Assembly: GCA_000004695.1 (NCBI GenBank) | Contig: CM000150.2 | Location: 768,001-832,000, forward strand | Length of the DNA stretch: 64,000 bases | From: Dictyostelium discoideum | Lineage: Eukaryota | Direction of reading: 5' to 3' | Shown here: in pieces, positions 16,046-30,096 of the stretch | Layout: every line of letters begins with the position of its first letter | How positions within the stretch are numbered: the first letter of the stretch is position 1 | Notes under the pieces: generated by a model | Told to the model about the DNA's origin: nothing | What the model saw: only the letters and a program-made list of their open reading frames with translations | Databases searched by the model: none | Position numbers and translations under genes: made by a program

Positions 16046-18233
16046 TTTATTAAAATTAAATAAAATTTATAGGTTAAGACATTATTGTATTGATAATTAT
16101 ATTCAAATTCAAAAGAAAATTGTAACGGAAACAACAAGAATTTCAGAATCAATGCGTTTACATTTAGTTGAAACAATTTTAATTAATTCAAATGATTTAA
16201 AGTATATATATGATGATGATTTTGTTATTGATAAATATCCATATGCAAATAAAAATTTTGAAACACTTAAAAGAGAATGTCAAAAGAAATGGTTTTTTCA
16301 ATCATTAGATATCAACGTTATTAAAGATTATTTTGGTGAGGAAGTTACATTTTATTTTTTATTTTTAAGTATGTAGATTTTAAAAAAAAAAACTAATATT
16401 AGTTTATTTGTTGTTGAAATTATTAATATTATTAAAAAAAAAAAAAAAAAAAAAGGATTTTATAATGTTGGTTTAGGTATTGTTAGTTTATTTGGTTTAG
16501 CAGTTGCAATTGTATCATATACAAGAGATTCATATAAATTTGCAAGTTCATCATTTTCAATAGCATTGGCAGTTTTATCAACATTATTTTTTGAAATTTG
16601 GAAACGTTATGGATCAATTTATTCATGGAAATGGGATCAAGAAGATTACATTGATGATGAGGAACAATTACCATCATTTAAACCAGGTAATTTCTCTGAA
16701 GGTGTTTATCATAAAGGAATCTTTTTAAAATCAAAACATTTTGGTAAAAAAGTTAAATACGTTCAAAAGAATATTACAACTAGACCTTATTTAACAAGTT
16801 ATCAACAAAAAATGAAACTTCTTAAAACCATTGGTACCTTTTCAGTGGTTGTAACATTAGTTTTAATTGTACCAATTTTTACAATTTCAATTTTCACCCT
16901 TAGAATAGCCTTAGAATCAATTGAAAATAAAACAGTTGAAAGTGGTATTGGTTCAGTAATAAATGCATTGTTCATTCTATTCTTCAATTTTATTTATAAA
17001 AATATTGCATATTTTTTAACTAAATTTGAATCTCATAGAGTCGCTTCTTCATTTAATGCAAGTTATTCAACCAAACTTTTCCTATTCCAATTTGTAAACA
17101 GTTTTTCAGGTTTATTTTATATTGCATTCCTTAAAAATAATGTTTATTTATGGGGTGATATTGATTTAGAAGATACATGTAGTACTCCAAATAAAATTGA
17201 TGGTTTATGGAAAGGTTGTACAGAAGATTTACAATTTCAATTATTTTCAATTTTAGCTGTTAACTTTATTGCTTCAATTTTCTCTGAATTATTAGGACCG
17301 TATGTAATCATTATTATTTTTAATTTTAAATTAACTATTAATTAATTAACCATATCTTATTATTATTATTATTATAATTATTATTAGTTGGATTCAATAT
17401 TATATTAAAATTATAAGACAAAAACCAACAGGATTTAGAGAGAAAATTGAACCATTTGAACAACAATTTTATAGAGATACATTTGATACATTTCAAGAGT
17501 TTAATCAAATTATTATTCAATTTTCATATATATCAATGTTTAGTGCTGCATCACCAATTTCACCAATAATTTCATTCTTTCATAATATATTTGAAGAAAG
17601 AGTTGATAGTTATAAATTAATTAATTCATTAAGAAGAGTAATATCTATATCTATAATTTTATTAAAATAATAATAATAATAATAATTTTATTAATTTAAT
17701 TTTTTATTTTTATTTTTATTTTTATTTAGCCAAATTATAATGGTTCAAATGGATTAGGTAGTTGGTTTTTTATTATTGTTTTAGTTGGAATGTTTTCAGT
17801 ATTAACAAATGTTTTATTAATTGGATTTTCATTCCCAACTTTATTATATTTTACAGATTCTCCATATAATGTATTATGGATTGTATTTATTTTAGAACAT
17901 TTAGTAATTTTAACAAAGGTAGTTTTAGCAAAAGCAATTCCAGATGAAACTAAAAAATTAAAGAAAAAGAAAGCATCATTAGATTTAATCACAAAATCAA
18001 TTATGGAAAATGATAGAGAACTTTCAAAATTATTAATTGAAAAAATTAAATCCAATGAAATTCCATTAACAAATGATATCAATCCAGATAGTAATCAAAA
18101 TAATATTATACCAACTCCATTCACTTCAAAAACTAGACAACGTGCATTATCAATCTCTTCAAAAATTTCAAAAACAATGCATTCTGTAATTAATATAAAA
18201 CATGATGTTGATTATGAAGATGAAAATAAATAA
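15552..18233 (+). CDS. Anoctamin / TMEM16-family protein (Ca-activated channel/scramblase family); join(15552..16368,16456..17299,17388..17637,17730..18233)
   Basis: Exon 1 ends ...IKDYFGEEVTFYFLFL (the typical anoctamin pre-TM1 motif) with a GTATGT donor at 16369. Exon 2 (R-FYNVGLGIVSLFGLAVAIV...FEIWKRYGSIYSWKWD...KLFLFQFVNSFSGLFYIAFL...) carries the conserved anoctamin FxFQFVNxYxxLFYIAF block and ends at a GTATGT donor (17300). Exon 3 (...DTFQEFNQIIIQFSYISMFSAASPISPIISFFHNIFEERVDSYKLINSLRR) matches anoctamin EMVLQFGFVTIFVAAFPLAPL...IRLDAxK and ends at GTAATA (17638). Exon 4 is PNYNGSNGLGSWFFIIVLVG...FILEHLVILTKVVLAKAIPDE.... Exon 1 has an A37-38 run (16010-16047) that may be a missed intron. 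Confidence 0.75.
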
Positions 18234-18321
18234 ATAAAATTTCACTAAACATTTAAATGTTAGGTGGTTGATATTATAGTAACAATTAATATATAACATA
18301 ATTAAATTATAATACATATTT

Positions 18322-20000
<1,679 letters not shown>

Positions 20001-20306
20001 ATTTTATCTTTTTTTATTACTATTATTATTATTATTATTATTTTGAAATGCGATATAGGATAGTTTATCTCAGTTTGAAATTAAATAAAAAAATTAAAAA
20101 AAAAAAAAAATAAATGAAAAAAAAAAAATAAAAAAAAAAAAATAAAAATAAAAAAGAAATTAAAATTAATTTTTTTTGGGAAATTTGGATGGGTGTTTAT
20201 TGTTTATTATAATAATAAAAATCCAATCGTTTTGGTATTGAAAAACACAAAATTGGTGTTTGGTTGATTTTATTTTTATTTTTTTATTTTTATTTTAATT
20301 TAGATA

Positions 20307-20933
20307 TTACATTTTAAAAATTCTATAACCAACAATATCTTGATATGTATAATATGATTTTGTAAAACCAGGATCATTAACATACACATAATCAGATTCA
20401 GTTGTATCATAACCAGTTGCTAAAACGAAATGTGAACCTTGATTTACATTAATTATTAAAATTAAATCTTTTTTATTTAACATTGAAATGATATCATCCA
20501 TTGTATATTGTGAAGATGGAAATGAACCAACATAATTAATTTTATTTGAAACATTTTCTAATGATGATTCAACTAATAAATTATCACCTTCATAACCACT
20601 ATTACTCTTTAACCATGTATTCAATGAACCTGGATTTGAAATTCCATCATCAATTGTAATACCTTTACCTCCAATTGCCATCGAACATGAAGACATTAAA
20701 CAACCAACATCACAAATTGTTTCTGTAATAATTAAATCATTACCCCAACGTGAATCACACTTTTAAAATAAATAAATAAATAAATAAATACAATACACTA
20801 AATTTGTTTTTTTTTTTTATTTTTCAAAAAAATAACCTACTTGTTTATAAAGTGGATATGAAAATGGAATAACTGGTTTTGATGATACATTTCCAATTAT
20901 AAGGATAATAGCTAAAAATAAAAATAATTTCAT
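20307..20933 (-). CDS. Secreted papain-like / peptidase C39-like domain protein (signal peptide + Cys/His catalytic-type motifs); join(20933..20841,20759..20307)
   Basis: Exon 1 is MKLFLFLAIILIIGNVSSKPVIPFSYPLYKQ, a hydrophobic signal peptide, with a GTAGGT donor at 20840. The 81-bp intron ends at AG 20761/20760. Exon 2 is CDSRWGNDLIITETICDVGCLMSSCSMAIGGKG...NQGSHFVLATGYDTTESDYVYVNDPGF.... A Cys in a CxxxSC context and the later GSHFVLATGYD histidine block resemble the papain/C39-like peptidase fold. This is inference from motifs only. Confidence 0.45.
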
Positions 20934-21208
20934 TTTTTTTTTTTTTAATTAATATTAATTTTTTATATTTTTAAATTAAAAATAAAAACCTTTCCAAATT
21001 TTGAAAAAAAAAAAATAAAAAAAATAAAATAAAATATTTTTTATTAAAAATATCTAAAATGAATCTTTGGAATTTTTAAAAATACCTCAAAGATCCTGGT
21101 AAATAAAAAAATAAAATAATATCTTGTTCATTTTTTTTTTTTTAACAAGCGACCTTTGGTAATGTAATTTTTTTTTTTTTTTTTTATTTATCTTTTTTTT
21201 TTTTATTT

Positions 21209-21976
21209 TTAACACAAAGAATTTGCTTTTAATGAAAATTTATCAAAGGTTGTGTTTGGAAGATTTAATTTTGAAAGTTCAAGTTTTACCCATTTTTTTG
21301 ATTTTTGAATTGCAAATTCATATTCAATTTTTTCATTTGGGAAAAGTTTTATTATTTTTGAAATTACTATTAAGGTAACCCAAATATTATATAATTGATC
21401 TGATGATAATTCCACAGGTGCATTACCAATTGAAATTCCCATTTGAGAAATGGTTGACTTTGTCCATGATCCATTTGCTCTTTGAATTCTTAACAAATCA
21501 ATTAAATCAAATGATGATGATGATTTTGTCTTGGATGATGTTGTTTTTGTAGTTTCTTCTTTGGTTTCACTTTTCTTTGATTTTTTAACAGACTGTCTTG
21601 AAATATCTTCATCTACATCGGAAAATCTTTTTTTTGTAATTGTTGTTGTTGTTGTTGTTGTTGGTGCTGCGGTTTTACTTTTCTTAGATTTGGTTAACAG
21701 ACATTGTGATTTATTTTTAGTTGCACTAACTTGATTTTCAAAACTAAACTGATCAATTATGTCAATGAAATCCATAGATTCTAAAGTTGGTTTAGTTGAT
21801 TCACACTTAACAATGAATGAGGTATGTTTTGAAAGTATTCCATACTTTTTACTCAATTCAACAATTCTAGTTTTATTATCTTTTTTTTTCTTTCTTTCTT
21901 TCTCTTCTAAATCTTTAATTTGATGATATGCTGATAATCTATGAATTTGATTTTGATTTGTTGTTGCTGTTGTTGT

Positions 21977-22067
<91 letters not shown>

Positions 22068-23845
22068 ATTATACAATTATTTTTTAAATCCAATTCAATT
22101 GGAATTGATAATTTATCACCTTTTGGACCATCACAAGTCATTGTAATAATTAATGGTTTTGAATTTTCAATTGAATCATTAATGATATCTTTTAATCTTG
22201 TTGATAATGACTCAATCATTAAATAAACGATCATTCTTTCTTGATAAAATAATGGTCTAATTTGTGAAGGTGATTGAATTATAATATCCTCCTTACAATT
22301 ATTATTATTTTTATTTTTATTTTTATTATTTGAAAATAATGTTGATAAATCTAATTTAATATTTGAAAACATTGGTTTTAATGAAATATTTAATAATTTC
22401 ATAACTTGTTTTTCAAAATTATCATTATCTGTAATGAATTCATAATGACCTTTACATGCATTTGATAAACCAATTATTAAATCAATATCTACACTATCAC
22501 CAATACCATAGGTGAATATACGAGTTGTATTTGACTCTTTTGAGAGGTAATGAATGATTTTATCTCTATGAGGTGCTTCACCATCAGTTAGAATGAAAAG
22601 TTGTCTTGGATATTCTGGATTTGGTGGTGATGATAAAATATTTTTAATTGGTGTTAGTAATTCAGTTCCACCTAAATTCGCTTCAATCGATTGAATGTAT
22701 TTACTAAGACATTCTAATGTTTCATCATTGTAATCTCTTGATACTTTAAATACTTTTTTAAAAGATGATCCGAAACAAACCACATTCACCCTATGTTGAT
22801 TCTCATTTAAACTTCTAATTATTATTTCCATTGCACGTTTTACTTTCCTCATTGGCTCGCCAACCATTGAACCTGAGCAATCAATTAAAAATATAAATTC
22901 ACTCTTTTGATTCATATCTTCAATTTTAATATCTTTAAAACTTGAATAATAATTTATCGAAACTGCTAATGAATTTTCAATTTTATTATATTCAATCATT
23001 GATTTTGGTTCGTCGTTAATAATACTTGGTTGAATAATTAAAACTAAAGAATCCTCAATACTATTTAATTTATCATTAGATTTTATTTTAATCTCTTTAT
23101 TATTACTATTATTATATAATACTTTAATAACATCATCATCACCATCATCACTACCACAACCAGTATTGCTACTATTAATATTTAAAATTCTTTTAGAATT
23201 ACCATACCAATTTATAATTGATTCAATTGAATTTGATAATTTTATTATAATATTTAGATTAAAATTAAAGTTATAGGTTGGGAAAAGACTATGATGAAGG
23301 TAATAGTGTAGTTGTCCATTGATGTGAGTACCAATTTCTGATGTGATAGTTAATGTAATTTTAACAGTTTCATTGGGTGGTAGATTACCGATATTAAGGT
23401 TAAAGAAATCGAGATCTTCTATTGACGATTTACTTGCTAAAAATGATTGACCACCATTTGCAATTGTGTCATTATAATTGTTTAATGCTTTTTCATGTTC
23501 TTTAATTTTACCAATTAATACTACAACTTTATCTTGAGATTCAACTCTAAAATCTGTAATAATCCATGTTGGATGCAATGGTATTTTATATCTTGCTTCA
23601 ATTGGTGTTTTTGAATCATTTGAATAAATTTGAGTCCATTTCGATGTTGAACTACAATCATTAATTTCTGTATCGATTGAAAATTTGGTTAATTTAAATA
23701 CTTTTGATTTCTTTTTATTATTTTCAGTAAGAAATAAACCTCTAGATTTCTTTTTTAAATTATTTTCTAATAGTCTATAATAGTTATAATAGTTGGCTTC
23801 TTTATATGAATGATTATTATTATTATCGTTATTATCGCTTGACAT
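21209..23845 (-). CDS. VIT + von Willebrand factor A domain protein (inter-alpha-trypsin-inhibitor-like; Dictyostelium vWA family)
   Basis: An 878-aa single ORF. It has an N-terminal VIT-like region (...ARYKIPLHPTWIITDFRVESQDKVVVLIGKI...). The vWA domain shows the DxSxS MIDAS motif (FIFLIDCSGSMVGEPM...VCFGSSF...FILTDGE). There is a 33-residue poly-Ser tract from (ATC)33 and poly-Thr. The C-terminus is basic and Ser/Thr-rich. Confidence 0.75.
21977..22067. repeat. (GAT/ATC)33 coding microsatellite (poly-Ser in the vWA protein)
   Basis: Perfect gat triplet run on the plus strand. It reads TCA/ATC on the minus strand and gives S33. Confidence 0.9.
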
Positions 23846-24298
23846 TTGTATCTAAAAACTAGTAATAAAAAAAAATATAAAATAAGTTCCCAATTTTTAT
23901 AGGAAAAAAAAAAATTAAAAAAAATCTTTTGGTTTTGAGAAAAACTCGAGTATTTATCGTATAAATTTGAGTTCCCGAGTGTTGAGGTCACACAATATTT
24001 TTTTTTTTTTGAAGTTCATAATAAATTTCATTAATCGGTAATAATTATTATTTTTTTTTTTTTATTTATTTATTTATTTATTTATTTGTTTGTTTGTTTG
24101 TTTGTTTGTTTATTTATTGTTTATTTATTTGTTTATTTATTAACAATATTTTATTTTTTAAAATTCATAGCAAGCGGGTTCAATATTCATTTTTTTTTTT
24201 TATTTTTTTTAATTTTTTTTTTTTTTTTCCATTTTTTAATTTTTTTTTTTTTTTTTAATTTTTTTTTTTTTTTAATTTTTTTTTTTTTAATTAAAAAA

Positions 24299-27200
24299 AT
24301 GATGAAAAGCGATGAAGGTGTGAGTGGGAATAGTAATAATAATAATAATTATAAATTCAAAGATAATACATTTAGAAAGTATGGAGTTGAAGTTGTAGCA
24401 TATGATAATAACAACAATAATAATAATAATAATAATAATAATGATGATAATAATACAGTAACAGTGAATTCAAGAGGATTTCATATTTCAATACATCCAT
24501 TTTCATTTAGAAATAAATTAACTATTAATCAAAATAATGGTAGTATTGGAGGATCATCATCATCATCATCAACATCAAATTCAGTATCAACACCAAAACC
24601 ACAATCATTCTATGTCGATGATGCAGGTATTGCTAAACAATTGAATCAATCTGTATTTGATATCTTATCAAGATCACGTTATTTATCTTCATTATCACAT
24701 GAGAATTTAGCTGAATTCATTGCTGCTGAACCTTCTCAAAAACATCATGGTAATTATTTATTTATTATTATATTTATTAATTGATTGAGATTCATCAAAC
24801 TGAACTGAACTGAATACACTCACCAATTAGTATACATACTAATTTTACATATTTATTATATAATACATTAATAATGTATTTAGATCAAATGTTAATTGTT
24901 TCAGAAGACTATAAGAATTCATTAGAGAAACAAATAGAGATACAAGCGAAAAGACAAACACCAATCCCATCCAATACAATCGGAAGATATGCTTATCAAA
25001 TATTGAAAGCATTATCATATTTACATAGTCAAGATTTAACTCATAGAAGTTTATCATTGGATAATATTAAATTAGATGATAATGTATGTGTTACATACAA
25101 TTTAATTTATATAATAATAACTATTATTATTTAAATATTAATTTCTTTTGTTTTATTATTATTTACTACGAAATTTCGTATTATTTTATATTTAGAATCA
25201 AATTAAATTAACAAATTATGGACTTTATTATTTATCAGATCATGGGGAGAATGTATCATTCCCAATTGGTAATTTATTATATCTTTCACCTGAATCAATA
25301 TTAAGAGGTGCAAAAGGATCATCAAATACCAAAGCAGATGTATGGGCATTAGGTTGTATTTTATTACATATTTGTTTAGGTTATTGTATTTGGCAAGATA
25401 ATAATCCATCAATTGTAACAAATAGAATATTACATTTATCTGGTTATTCAACAACTCAATCTTTTAATTCAATTTCTAAATCATTTGAACAATGTGAATT
25501 AAAAAAAACAATAATAAATGAAAAACAACATGAAGAATATGAAGAATATGATGATGATGAAGATATAAGTGAAGAAGAAAAGGAGAAAAGAATTAAAGAT
25601 ATTAAATTAAATAATAGAGATAATATGAATAATTTTATAAATTCATTAAAAAGAGAAGAAAAAGAAAATAGTGATAGTAATAGTGGTAGTAGTAATAGTA
25701 ATATAGGTATAGGATTAAATGGTTTAGGTAAAGAATTAATTGAAATAATTGAACAATGTTTAATACCAAATCCAATGGATAGACCAGATAGTGAAACATT
25801 ATTAGATCATCCTTACTTTAATGAATATAAAAATATTGATCCATATCAATTACAATGGATAATTAAACCATTTACAAAGAGTTGGGATTTACCAGATAGT
25901 TTAGAATCTTTAACTTTAAAAGAGATTGAATCCTATGGACATATTGGTAGTGATAATAATGGTGGTGGTGGTGGTGGTGGTGGTGAATCTGATAGTGATA
26001 TTTACTCTGGTAAAGAGATTTATTACTTTTGGAAATTATTAGGTGGTAATATTGAAAAGGAATTAGTTAATAAAGGATTTGCAAAAGCATCACCATCGGT
26101 TCATAAATTACCATTATATGTACCAGTTAAAGCCTCATTAACTGAATCAACTAATAGTGGTTTAAATTCACCACAACCCTATCAACATCAACATCATCAA
26201 CATCAACATCAACATCAACATCCAAATATAATTAAATCAAAAAATTCAACAGTATATAATAATGAATTTTGTTTAGTTGAATTAAGTAATGTTTTTTTAA
26301 AAATTAAAGAATCATTTAAATTATATGGTAGTAAAGTTTTTGAAGAAGGTATTGAACAATCAAATAATAATAATAATAATAGATTTAATAATATTGAAAA
26401 TAATATTGAATTACAAATTATAATCATTAGAGAATTTCATAAATTATTATATCAATATCAATATGATGATCCAACATTATCACAACCAAAGATATATAGA
26501 TTAGCAAAATTATTTGTACCACCAATTTTAAGAGGTGATATTTGGTCTTCGATTTTAGGTGTAAATGAAAGAGAAGCAAAACAATTGTATAATAGTATCA
26601 ATTTAGATGTTAAAGGTCCAAATGATAAACAGTTTGAATTGGATATACCAAGATGTCACCAATATCATCCATTATTATCATCAAGACAAGGTCATGTACA
26701 ATTATTCAAGATTTTAAAGGCATGGTCATTATTGAATTTAGAGAAGGGTTGCTATTGGCAAGGATTGGATAATGTGGCTTCACCGTTTTTAGTACACCAT
26801 TTCTTTAATGAACCAATTGCATTCGCTTCGTTGAAGGCTTTTGTTGACAAGTATCTCTCCATTCTTTATGTGCCAAATAACCATGCTGCCCTATCAGAGA
26901 TTATGTTGATCTATCAACAACTATTGGCTTATCACGATCCAGAGTTATTGAATCACTTGATGGATATTCAATTGGATCCAAACCTTTATTCAATTCCTTG
27001 GTTTATCACTGTGTTTGCTCATATCTTACCAATTGATAAATTGGAGATACTTTGGGACTCGATTTTATTATGTCCTTCAAGTTTACCAAATTTCATTGCT
27101 GCCTCTATGATCATCCAATTCCGTGATTCAATTTTAAAGATGAATTTTGAAGATGGTATAACAATGATGTCCATGATTCCATCGGTTGATGTTCATAAAT

Positions 27201-27646
27201 GTGTTTCCGACGCTTTATCAATGTTTAATAAAACACCTCTAAGTACAACTGTCACTAAATTCGTTTCAAATACTGATCAAGAGCTATGGTGGATGCAAGA
27301 AGTACCCTTTGAAAAAAGAAAATTAGAATTATTCCCACGTATTGATATTCATGATTTAATCAATGATCAACAAAAGGTAATACTAGATATTAGAACACCT
27401 TTACAATTTCAACAAATTCATTATCCTTCCTCTATAAATGTTAATCCAAAGTTATCCAAACTTCAGCAACAAATGGAACAATATAAAGGTCAACAAATTG
27501 TTGTAATTGCCCCAAAAGATCAAGGTGTAGATTTCACAAATCAATTAATTCAATGGAAATTCCCTTTTGTTTCAATGTTAAATGGTGGTATGGATTCTTT
27601 AGAACATGGTGCTCATAGTTTATTAATAATTTCAAATAAAAATTAA
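24299..27646 (+). CDS. TBC domain-containing protein kinase-like protein (TBCK orthologue: pseudokinase + TBC Rab-GAP + rhodanese); join(24299..24749,24884..25083,25196..27646)
   Basis: Exon 1 (MMKSDEGVSGNS...AEFIAAEPSQKHH) ends at a GTAATT donor (24750). Exon 2 is DQMLIVSEDYK...YAYQILKALSYLHSQDLTHRSLSLDNIKLDDN. The acceptor is AG 24882/24883, or alternatively AG 24903/24904, which stays in frame. A GTATGT donor lies at 25084. Exon 3 starts at AG 25194/25195 and is NQIKLTNYGLYYLSDHGENVSFPIG..., matching human TBCK [46 protein letters not shown]. It has a TBC domain (YRLAKLFVPPILRGDIWSSILGV...YWQGLDNV...) and a C-terminal rhodanese fold (VILDIRTP...IVVIAPKDQG...). Only human TBCK has this domain order. 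Confidence 0.8.
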
Positions 27647-27720
27647 TAAAATATTAATAATAATACCAAAATACATACACAATTATATTATATTTTATTT
27701 TATTTTATTTTTTATTTTTT

Positions 27721-29355
27721 TCAATATAAATTAAATTCATATTTCTTTTTAAATATTTTATTAAATATTTTATTTATTAATTCTGATTCAACTATATTTA
27801 ATTTACCAATTAATGGAAGTAAGAATTTAAAACAATTGTTATTTAATTGATAATGTTTATTTGAAATCCAAATTGATTCTAATGAATTTGGTGGTAAAGA
27901 ATTTATTGAAATTGGTGTTTCATCATTTAAAATTATAATATGTTTAATTGAAATTGGTAACCATTTTTTATGAACTGGTTGTTTAAATTCTAAACCTAAT
28001 TCTAAAAGTTCCAATTGTTGTGGTAATGTATTTGAAGTGATTGTTGAATTATAGTTACCAATTCTTAAACATTTTAAATTTGTAAAAACTTTAAAATCTT
28101 TAACTGGTTTAGTATAGGATTTATAATAAAATTCACTTAAATCTAATTTTATTAAATTTTTTAAACAAGTTTGTGAATGGTAATCTAATTTATAATCACT
28201 TTCAATGATATTCACTTTAATTGATTTAATACTTTGAAATTTATTTAAAAATAATTTTGATGATTTTTCAAATATCCAATAAAATAAGAAAATTGGTGTT
28301 GTTGCATTTAAATTTAGTGAACTGAATTGTGATGATAACAATTGTGGTTGTGGTGGTGCTTGAAATTGACCATGAAATGAGTTATAAAAAATTGTTAAAT
28401 TTGTAACTGATGGTGGTATCATGGATATTATATCTATGTTTGAGTCATTTAGTTTTAATAAGTTTGATATTTCTTGATTTGTTGATAAATTACCATTTTT
28501 ATTATAAACTTTTAATTGTAAATGTTTCATTCTCCAATCATTAAAATAAGCAAATGGTTGAGTTCTTAAATTTGTAATTTTAAGTTTTTCAAGTTTATTA
28601 GGTAGAGTTGTACCACTCTTGATTAAACACATATTATAGTCTCTTGGTAATGTTAATTTCTTTAATGATTGTGGTAATTCATTTGAACCAATTTCATGTT
28701 TAAAACTTGAATTTGAAGAAAACTTAATCTGTTCAATTGAATTAGGTAAATTTTTTATTGATTGATTGAATGAATGTCCAAAAATAATTACTTTTAAAAA
28801 TTTTGGTAAAACATTCTCATTTAATTCTTTATTAAAATAAGTTCCAAATTTTAATTTTCTTAATGATATTGGTAAAATGTTAACACCAATTTCTTGATTA
28901 AAAATTGAACTAAATTCTAATATTGTTAAATTTGAAAATATTGATAAACTGTTATTTGTTGACGATACAAGTGGTATATCTGGTTGATTATATACATTAA
29001 AAATTAAATGTGTTACAGGTGGTAAATTTTCACATAAATTGAAACTATTTCTAATATTATTTGGTTGATATAAACTTATTGATTCTATATAGTTTGGTAA
29101 ATTATTTAATTTTTCACTAATTTCTTCTTTTTTAATATCAACAAATTTTATAAATAATGATTTTATAAATTGTTTATTATCTTTTAAGAATTGTTGTTGT
29201 GAAAAGTTGACATCAACTGAAAATGAAAATAAATTAAACATTATTAAATATTTAAAAATTAAATTCTTTAAAACACAGTTTCTCCATATTTTAAAAAATA
29301 ATAAAGAATTAACATCATCATCATTATCACTAACATCAATCTCTATCTCATTCAT
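27721..29355 (-). CDS. FNIP-repeat-containing protein
   Basis: A 544-aa ORF. It has repeated FNQxI/LPxSLxxLxFGxxFN units (e.g. FGHSFNQSIKNLPNSIEQIKFSSNSSFKHEIGSNELPQSLKKLTL). It is a paralogue of 6330..7937 and of the pseudogene at 10920..11965. Confidence 0.75.
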   Translation of the reverse strand: MNEIEIDVSDNDDDVNSLLFFKIWRNCVLKNLIFKYLIMFNLFSFSVDVNFSQQQFLKDNKQFIKSLFIKFVDIKKEEISEKLNNLPNYIESISLYQPNNIRNSFNLCENLPPVTHLIFNVYNQPDIPLVSSTNNSLSIFSNLTILEFSSIFNQEIGVNILPISLRKLKFGTYFNKELNENVLPKFLKVIIFGHSFNQSIKNLPNSIEQIKFSSNSSFKHEIGSNELPQSLKKLTLPRDYNMCLIKSGTTLPNKLEKLKITNLRTQPFAYFNDWRMKHLQLKVYNKNGNLSTNQEISNLLKLNDSNIDIISMIPPSVTNLTIFYNSFHGQFQAPPQPQLLSSQFSSLNLNATTPIFLFYWIFEKSSKLFLNKFQSIKSIKVNIIESDYKLDYHSQTCLKNLIKLDLSEFYYKSYTKPVKDFKVFTNLKCLRIGNYNSTITSNTLPQQLELLELGLEFKQPVHKKWLPISIKHIIILNDETPISINSLPPNSLESIWISNKHYQLNNNCFKFLLPLIGKLNIVESELINKIFNKIFKKKYEFNLY

Positions 29356-29407
29356 TTTGAAATTTTTAAAAAAAAAAAAAACAATGTTTATTTTTAATGA
29401 ATTGATT

Positions 29408-29456
<49 letters not shown>

Positions 29457-29699
29457 CTTTTAGCCATTTTCTTTGATGATACAGATATATTCAAAAAAGG
29501 ACATTTTTTATACCAGTAATAAAAATCATTTTGCAATCTTCAAAGTAGTTTCTTGAGACTTTATATTGATTACCAAGAGTGTACACATACCAGGTTGAAA
29601 TTGGGGAAATAAATCCAAATCATTGTTAATTTTCTTTTCTCAATTTGATATGATTTTAAACAAATCTTTTTAAAAAAAAATAAAAATAAAATAAAAAAA

Positions 29700-29890
29700 T
29701 AAAAAATTAAGAATGACCAATCATCTTAATTTAAAAAAAAAAAATAAAAATAAAATAAAAATAAAATAAAAATAAAATAAAAATAAAATTAAAAATGACC
29801 AATCATCTTTATTTAATAAAAAAAAATAAAAATAAAATAAAAAAATAAAAAATTAAGAATAACCAATCATCTTAATTAAAAAAAAAAAAC
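29700..29890. repeat. Three spaced copies of a ~28-bp motif AATTAAGAATGACCAATCATCTTAATT (core TGACCAATCATCTT) embedded in A-rich (ATAAAA)n tracts, in the divergent intergenic region
   Basis: Cores lie at about 29714-29727, 29796-29809 and 29860-29873, the third with TAACCAATCATCTT. They sit 230-400 bp upstream of the 30097 (+) gene and 350-520 bp upstream of the 29355 (-) gene. They contain a CCAAT pentamer. Confidence 0.5.
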
Positions 29891-30096
29891 AGATATATTC
29901 AGCAGTACACAACTTACTTTTCTTTTATTAATGAAAAAAAATTTTTTTGAAGTTCATAGGATTCAGGATTTTTTTATTTTGAAGTTCGTTGATTTCAAGA
30001 TTTTTTTTTTTTTTATCAAAAAAAATTTTTTTTTTTTTCAAATTTTTTTTTCAAATTCAATATTTTTTATTTTTTATTATTATAATTTATCTTTAA

